A program made the translations under genes and the position numbers. From assembly GCA_016839705.1 (NCBI GenBank), contig JAEOTR010000023.1, forward strand, positions 1 to 64,000: a stretch of 64,000 nucleotides of DNA. Reading direction: 5' to 3'. Every line of letters starts with the position of its first letter. Within the stretch, counting starts at the first letter, position 1. Positions 59,685 to 64,000 of the stretch are shown here, piece after piece. This DNA comes from Promethearchaeota archaeon. GTDB lineage: Archaea > Asgardarchaeota > Lokiarchaeia > Sigyniarchaeales > SOKP01. The notes beneath the pieces are model-generated. The model worked only from the letters and a program-made list of their open reading frames with translations. It was not told where the DNA came from and searched no databases.

Positions 59685-62240
59685 TTATTCATTTGTATTA
59701 ACATCACTACGCTGCATTTCAAGGAGACGTTTATATTTTCCATTTAAAGCTAACAAACTCTCATGATTTCCTTCTTCTATTACATTTTTCTTCTTAGAGT
59801 CTAAAACGATTATAAGGTCCGCATTTTTTATTGTCGAAAGACGATGTGCTATAATGATAGTAGTTCGTCCTTCGCGTGCTTTATTTAAGGCATCTTGAAT
59901 CAATGTCTCTGTATAGGGATCTACTGAAGATGTAGCCTCATCTAGAATTAAAATTTTAGGATCCGTTATTAATGCTCGAGCAAAAGCAATTAATTGTCTT
60001 TGCCCAACGGAGATATTTGATGCATTTTCCTTTAGCTTTGTATCATATTTTTTATACAAAGTCTCGATAAAATTATGTAAACCTAAAAATTTTGAAACTT
60101 CAACCATTCTCTCCTCGTCTTCTGGAGTTGGATTTTCATATGCATACAGAAGATTTTCCTTTATAGTTCCCGTAAAAAGAAATGCATCTTGAGGAACTAA
60201 TCCAATCAAACCCCTTAGATCCTTCTTACGAACGTTCTTGATATTAATATTATCAATTAGTATATTTCCATTATTCGTATCATAAAATCGAGCAATTAGT
60301 TTAATTAATGTCGTCTTACCCGCCCCAGTTTCCCCTACAATAGCTACCGTAATTCCTGCTGGTATTTTAACAGAAATATCTTTTAAAACATATCCCGTAG
60401 ATTGTTTATGTTGGATGAGTGTTTTCTGCTCAATAATGGCATCTTTAACTATTTTTGGAATCTCTTCGTATATTTCTGGAGGAATCATTATCGTTGCAAG
60501 CATTTGGAGCATAGACTGACGTGACATTTGACCCATACTCCCCCCCATCATACCGCCTCCTTCTCCCCCCATCCCACTACTTCCTTGTATTCCTTTACTT
60601 GAAGTAAGGGATCTCTCTAAAAATTTCACCATCATAGAAATTGCTTCTGGAGGCATCATACTCCCAAATGAAAATGGTGCACTTTCTGTTCCTTCCTTCA
60701 ACGGTTGACTTATTTCACTCTCATGCTCGCCTGTAAAGGAGATTTTATACTCAGGATGCGTTTTTGCAAATTCAGTATCAGGAACAGCATAGTTTAACTC
60801 TCCAAGAAAAGTATCAATTTTATTTGGAATTTCTTCAGACTTTGCTCCCATTAAGTTAAACATTAATTTTCGTGTTAAGTCTTGTGGCATATGCATTATA
60901 TTTTTCATAATAAATGATGAATATGGTTCGGGAAAAGTTTTGATAAATTCAATGGCTCGTTTCATCATGGGATCCTGCTCCATACTTCTAGGATCATGCA
61001 CCATGGGTTTTACTGGTTCCTCACTTGTGTTGGTTTGTTCATTATTTATAATATACCCGAAACTCGCGTTTTCGAATTCGATAGAGCCTTTTACCTCATT
61101 AAAAAATAATGGTTCTTCATCATCGGCAATTTCCACTTTTTCTTCTAATAAAGAATAGATACGATCGCTTGCTGCCAGTGAAGAATTTATGACCTGTTGA
61201 ATTTGCATCAACATCATAAACGGTTGGAAAAATTGCCCTAAAATAGTAATATATGCACTTAGCACACCTACTGTAACTGTAATACCGAAAATTGAAACAT
61301 TGCCTAGTATTACAAATCCACCAGCTAATAAAATGCACGCAGTAAGGATTGTTGTTATTACATTTATTAACGGGAATATTGTTGCCATATATCTCCGTAT
61401 TCTTATCATTGCGTTGTAGTTTGCTTTATTTGCGTGATCAAATTCTGAAGACGCTTTTTTTTCTTGTCCATAAGCTTGAACTACTTTTGCACCACCAATA
61501 TTTTCTTGTATTGAGGAAGTTACCCTGCTAATCGTCTTCCTAGTTTCCTTAAATAATCCAATTGCCATTTTCCTAAAAAATCTTGTTATAAGGAGGAATA
61601 TCGGGAAAATTGGCAGGCTAATTAAAGCTAAAAATGGATTGAGTATAAACATAAATAGCACAGTAAACGCAATTGAAACTATACTCGATATTATTTGAAC
61701 AAATTGACCTCCTACTAACTGATTAAGCAAAGTAACATCATTAGTAGTTATAGACATAATATCTCCCGATGATCTTTGATCAAAATAAGCTAGGGACATG
61801 TCCTGCAATTTATAGAACAAATCATTTCTTATATCGTAAGTAACTCTCTGAGAAATTTTTCCCATCCCATATTGTGAAAAGAAACTAGTTATCGCCATAA
61901 ATAATAATAATGAGAAGTAGATGACGCTCATCAATAGTATGAACGGGATATTACCCGCAATGATCCCTTTATCAATAATATTAGCTGTAATCATTGGTGT
62001 GAATGAAGTTATTATCGTACCCATTAGTAAAAAGATTAGATAAAGAGAAAATTTCCATCGAAATGGTTTTAAATATGAAAATAACCATCTCCATAATTTA
62101 CCTCTTGAATGCTCTAACTCTGATGCGTCAATGTCCATCATGAATTTATGGTGAGTACCTGCAGTGGGTTGGATTATTTCTTGTTGTTCTTCCTCATCTT
62201 CTTCCTGTTGAACTTCTTCCTGTTGGTTTTTAATTACCAA
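59685..62240 (-). CDS. Heterodimeric ABC exporter subunit (TM288-like) with large NBD insertion
   Basis: TMD + NBD; GETGAGKTT, degenerate signature ISVGQRQ, ILDEAT, AHR. Confidence 0.92.
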   Translation of the reverse strand: MVIKNQQEEVQQEEDEEEQQEIIQPTAGTHHKFMMDIDASELEHSRGKLWRWLFSYLKPFRWKFSLYLIFLLMGTIITSFTPMITANIIDKGIIAGNIPFILLMSVIYFSLLLFMAITSFFSQYGMGKISQRVTYDIRNDLFYKLQDMSLAYFDQRSSGDIMSITTNDVTLLNQLVGGQFVQIISSIVSIAFTVLFMFILNPFLALISLPIFPIFLLITRFFRKMAIGLFKETRKTISRVTSSIQENIGGAKVVQAYGQEKKASSEFDHANKANYNAMIRIRRYMATIFPLINVITTILTACILLAGGFVILGNVSIFGITVTVGVLSAYITILGQFFQPFMMLMQIQQVINSSLAASDRIYSLLEEKVEIADDEEPLFFNEVKGSIEFENASFGYIINNEQTNTSEEPVKPMVHDPRSMEQDPMMKRAIEFIKTFPEPYSSFIMKNIMHMPQDLTRKLMFNLMGAKSEEIPNKIDTFLGELNYAVPDTEFAKTHPEYKISFTGEHESEISQPLKEGTESAPFSFGSMMPPEAISMMVKFLERSLTSSKGIQGSSGMGGEGGGMMGGSMGQMSRQSMLQMLATIMIPPEIYEEIPKIVKDAIIEQKTLIQHKQSTGYVLKDISVKIPAGITVAIVGETGAGKTTLIKLIARFYDTNNGNILIDNINIKNVRKKDLRGLIGLVPQDAFLFTGTIKENLLYAYENPTPEDEERMVEVSKFLGLHNFIETLYKKYDTKLKENASNISVGQRQLIAFARALITDPKILILDEATSSVDPYTETLIQDALNKAREGRTTIIIAHRLSTIKNADLIIVLDSKKKNVIEEGNHESLLALNGKYKRLLEMQRSDVNTNE

Positions 62241-62253
62241 ATTTTTACCCTCC

Positions 62254-64000
62254 CTAATTGGTTCCCTCTTCTAATTTAATTTTTGATTTTTGTTTTTGAT
62301 ACAATGTTTGGTAAATTTGGTTGTATAGAACATTTGAATCTATTAGTTCTTCATGCGTACCAAATCCTACTACTCTACCCCTATCCAAAATTACAATATA
62401 ATCTGCGCCTCTAATTGTAGAAATTCTTTGAGTAATTATAATTGTAGTCGTTCCTTTCATAATTCTTAATAATTCTTTTTGAATTTGATATTCCGTCTCT
62501 ACATCTACTGAACTTGTAGAATCATCGAGAATTAAAATTTTTGGCTTGATTAGTAAAGCACGAGCTATTGATAAACGTTGTTTTTGACCTCCTGATAGTC
62601 TTGTACCTCTTTCCCCAACAATAGAATCATAACCCTTAGGTAAAGTCTCAATAAAATCATGTAGATTAGCAATCTTAGATGCTTCTATTATTTCATCCTC
62701 GGTTGCTTCTTCCTTCCCATAGGCTATATTTTTTGTTATACTTTTATTAAAAAGAAATGTTTCTTGAGACACGATACCAATATTTTTACGTAGATCCTTT
62801 ACTACGTATTCACGAATATCTCTGTTATCAATTTTTATGCTCCCTTCATTTACTTCATAAAAACGTGGTATTAAGTTTATAATTGTAGATTTCCCTGATC
62901 CTGTTGTCCCCAATATTGCTATTGTTTTTCCGCTAGGTATATTAAATGATACATTTTTTAAGATTCTGTGATCATGAGTATATCCGAAGGAAACATCATC
63001 AAAAACAATTTCACCTTTTAATTCAAAAGATTCATCATCAACAACAATTTCACCATTTACTATTGGAATAGCGTCAGGAAGGTCCTTAATGTCTGGAGTT
63101 GATTCCAAAACCTCTCTGACACGAGTGAGTGCCGCATCTGCCTGAATGTAAGCTAACATTATCTGACCAAACATCATTAACGGAAAACCAAGAGCCATTA
63201 TATAGGATTGAAGCGTAACTACAGACACCAATACCAACGGGTCTTCAATAAACTGAATACCACCTATTACTAGATTAAATATTGTCACAATACCAATAAT
63301 TATGTAAATTGCAGGTGCATATAGCGAATTGAATTTCACTGAGGAAACACTGGCATCATAAAACCTTTTGTTGTGTACTAAAAATTTTTGTCGTTCCTTA
63401 TCTTGAGTACTAAACATGCGTACTACTTCAGCACCAACAATATTCTCCCGTATTGTATTTGTTAAATCACCAAAGCTTTCCCTTGTTTCCAAAAAAATTG
63501 GTTTTAGCTTCTTCGCAATAAAATATGAGAGAAAAAGTGAAAAAGAAATTACAATTACTAATATAAAAGATAATTGAATATTAAATAGTACAAACATAAT
63601 AATAACTCCTCCTATTTGAAGTGTGGATTGAAGTCCTAATGTTAAACCCATCCCAAAAATCATTTGAGTCTCTTCTATATCGCTTGTGGCACGAGATATT
63701 AATTGACCCGTTTCAGTTTTATCGAAGTAAGAGAAAGATTGCCGATAAATGGCACTACTTATATCTGTGCGAAGATGATAAATGGCTCTTGAAGAAACTT
63801 CTGCACCTCTAAGTCTGGAAGCTCTATTCGTTATATACCTTAAAAAGGAAAACAACAAGATAAATCCGAAATTAATTAAAAACGTTATTGCAGGTTGACT
63901 TGATTGGAGTCCCCCTACCATTCTCCCAATAAAAACTGGGGTGATCATGTAAAAAATTGTTGAAACTACTAAATATATAAATTCAAGAATGAAATACTTC
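62254..64000 (-). CDS. Heterodimeric ABC exporter subunit (TM287-like); N-terminus probably beyond window
   Basis: GTTGSGKS, LSGGQKQR, degenerate Walker B ILDDST and H-loop TQR. Confidence 0.92.
   Translation of the reverse strand, partial: KYFILEFIYLVVSTIFYMITPVFIGRMVGGLQSSQPAITFLINFGFILLFSFLRYITNRASRLRGAEVSSRAIYHLRTDISSAIYRQSFSYFDKTETGQLISRATSDIEETQMIFGMGLTLGLQSTLQIGGVIIMFVLFNIQLSFILVIVISFSLFLSYFIAKKLKPIFLETRESFGDLTNTIRENIVGAEVVRMFSTQDKERQKFLVHNKRFYDASVSSVKFNSLYAPAIYIIIGIVTIFNLVIGGIQFIEDPLVLVSVVTLQSYIMALGFPLMMFGQIMLAYIQADAALTRVREVLESTPDIKDLPDAIPIVNGEIVVDDESFELKGEIVFDDVSFGYTHDHRILKNVSFNIPSGKTIAILGTTGSGKSTIINLIPRFYEVNEGSIKIDNRDIREYVVKDLRKNIGIVSQETFLFNKSITKNIAYGKEEATEDEIIEASKIANLHDFIETLPKGYDSIVGERGTRLSGGQKQRLSIARALLIKPKILILDDSTSSVDVETEYQIQKELLRIMKGTTTIIITQRISTIRGADYIVILDRGRVVGFGTHEELIDSNVLYNQIYQTLYQKQKSKIKLEEGTN

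Noticed and set aside
60396-61052. Intein in the ABC exporter
   Set aside because: No N-terminal Cys/Ser block, no His-Asn terminus, no LAGLIDADG motifs.
713-63812. Numerous short ORF-track entries overlapping larger genes (e.g. 1651-1893, 7802-8215, 14377-14790, 16611-16859, 48132-48482)
   Set aside because: Antisense or alternate-frame shadows of well-supported genes, without motifs.
1-64000. tRNA genes, transposases, integrases, defence systems
   Set aside because: None recognised by eye; tRNAscan-SE and HMM searches would be needed to exclude them.

Overview
AT-rich archaeal chromosome segment, most likely Asgard archaea (Lokiarchaeia-like). That assignment rests on four Rab-like small GTPases, a longin/roadblock protein, ribosomal protein eL22, a Loki-CTERM-type anchor, archaeal Spt5, aIF1A, aIF2-gamma and TFS, and form III RuBisCO with R15P isomerase. 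Top finding: a circularly permuted 5S rRNA gene on the minus strand (37521-37640). The native 3' half precedes the native 5' half, and the native ends are joined by a UUCG-capped helix I. The new ends sit in a bulge-helix-bulge (BHB)-like motif within a processing stem, and canonical cleavage plus ligation there would rebuild the conserved CCGAACCCGGAAGUUAA exactly, giving a 120-nt circular 5S rRNA. Other notable items: a cleanly circularly permuted Rab-like GTPase (G3-G4-G5-G1-G2); an ~11.4 kb integrase-less island bounded by a 41-bp direct repeat, carrying a nucleoside ABC importer plus an AllFGH/carbamate kinase-type cluster; several genes that appear to start at ATT/ATA; an HhH-fused aIF2-gamma; and a Met-rich insert in an ABC exporter. 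No CRISPR array, tRNA or transposase was seen. All calls come from reading motifs by eye; no searches were run.
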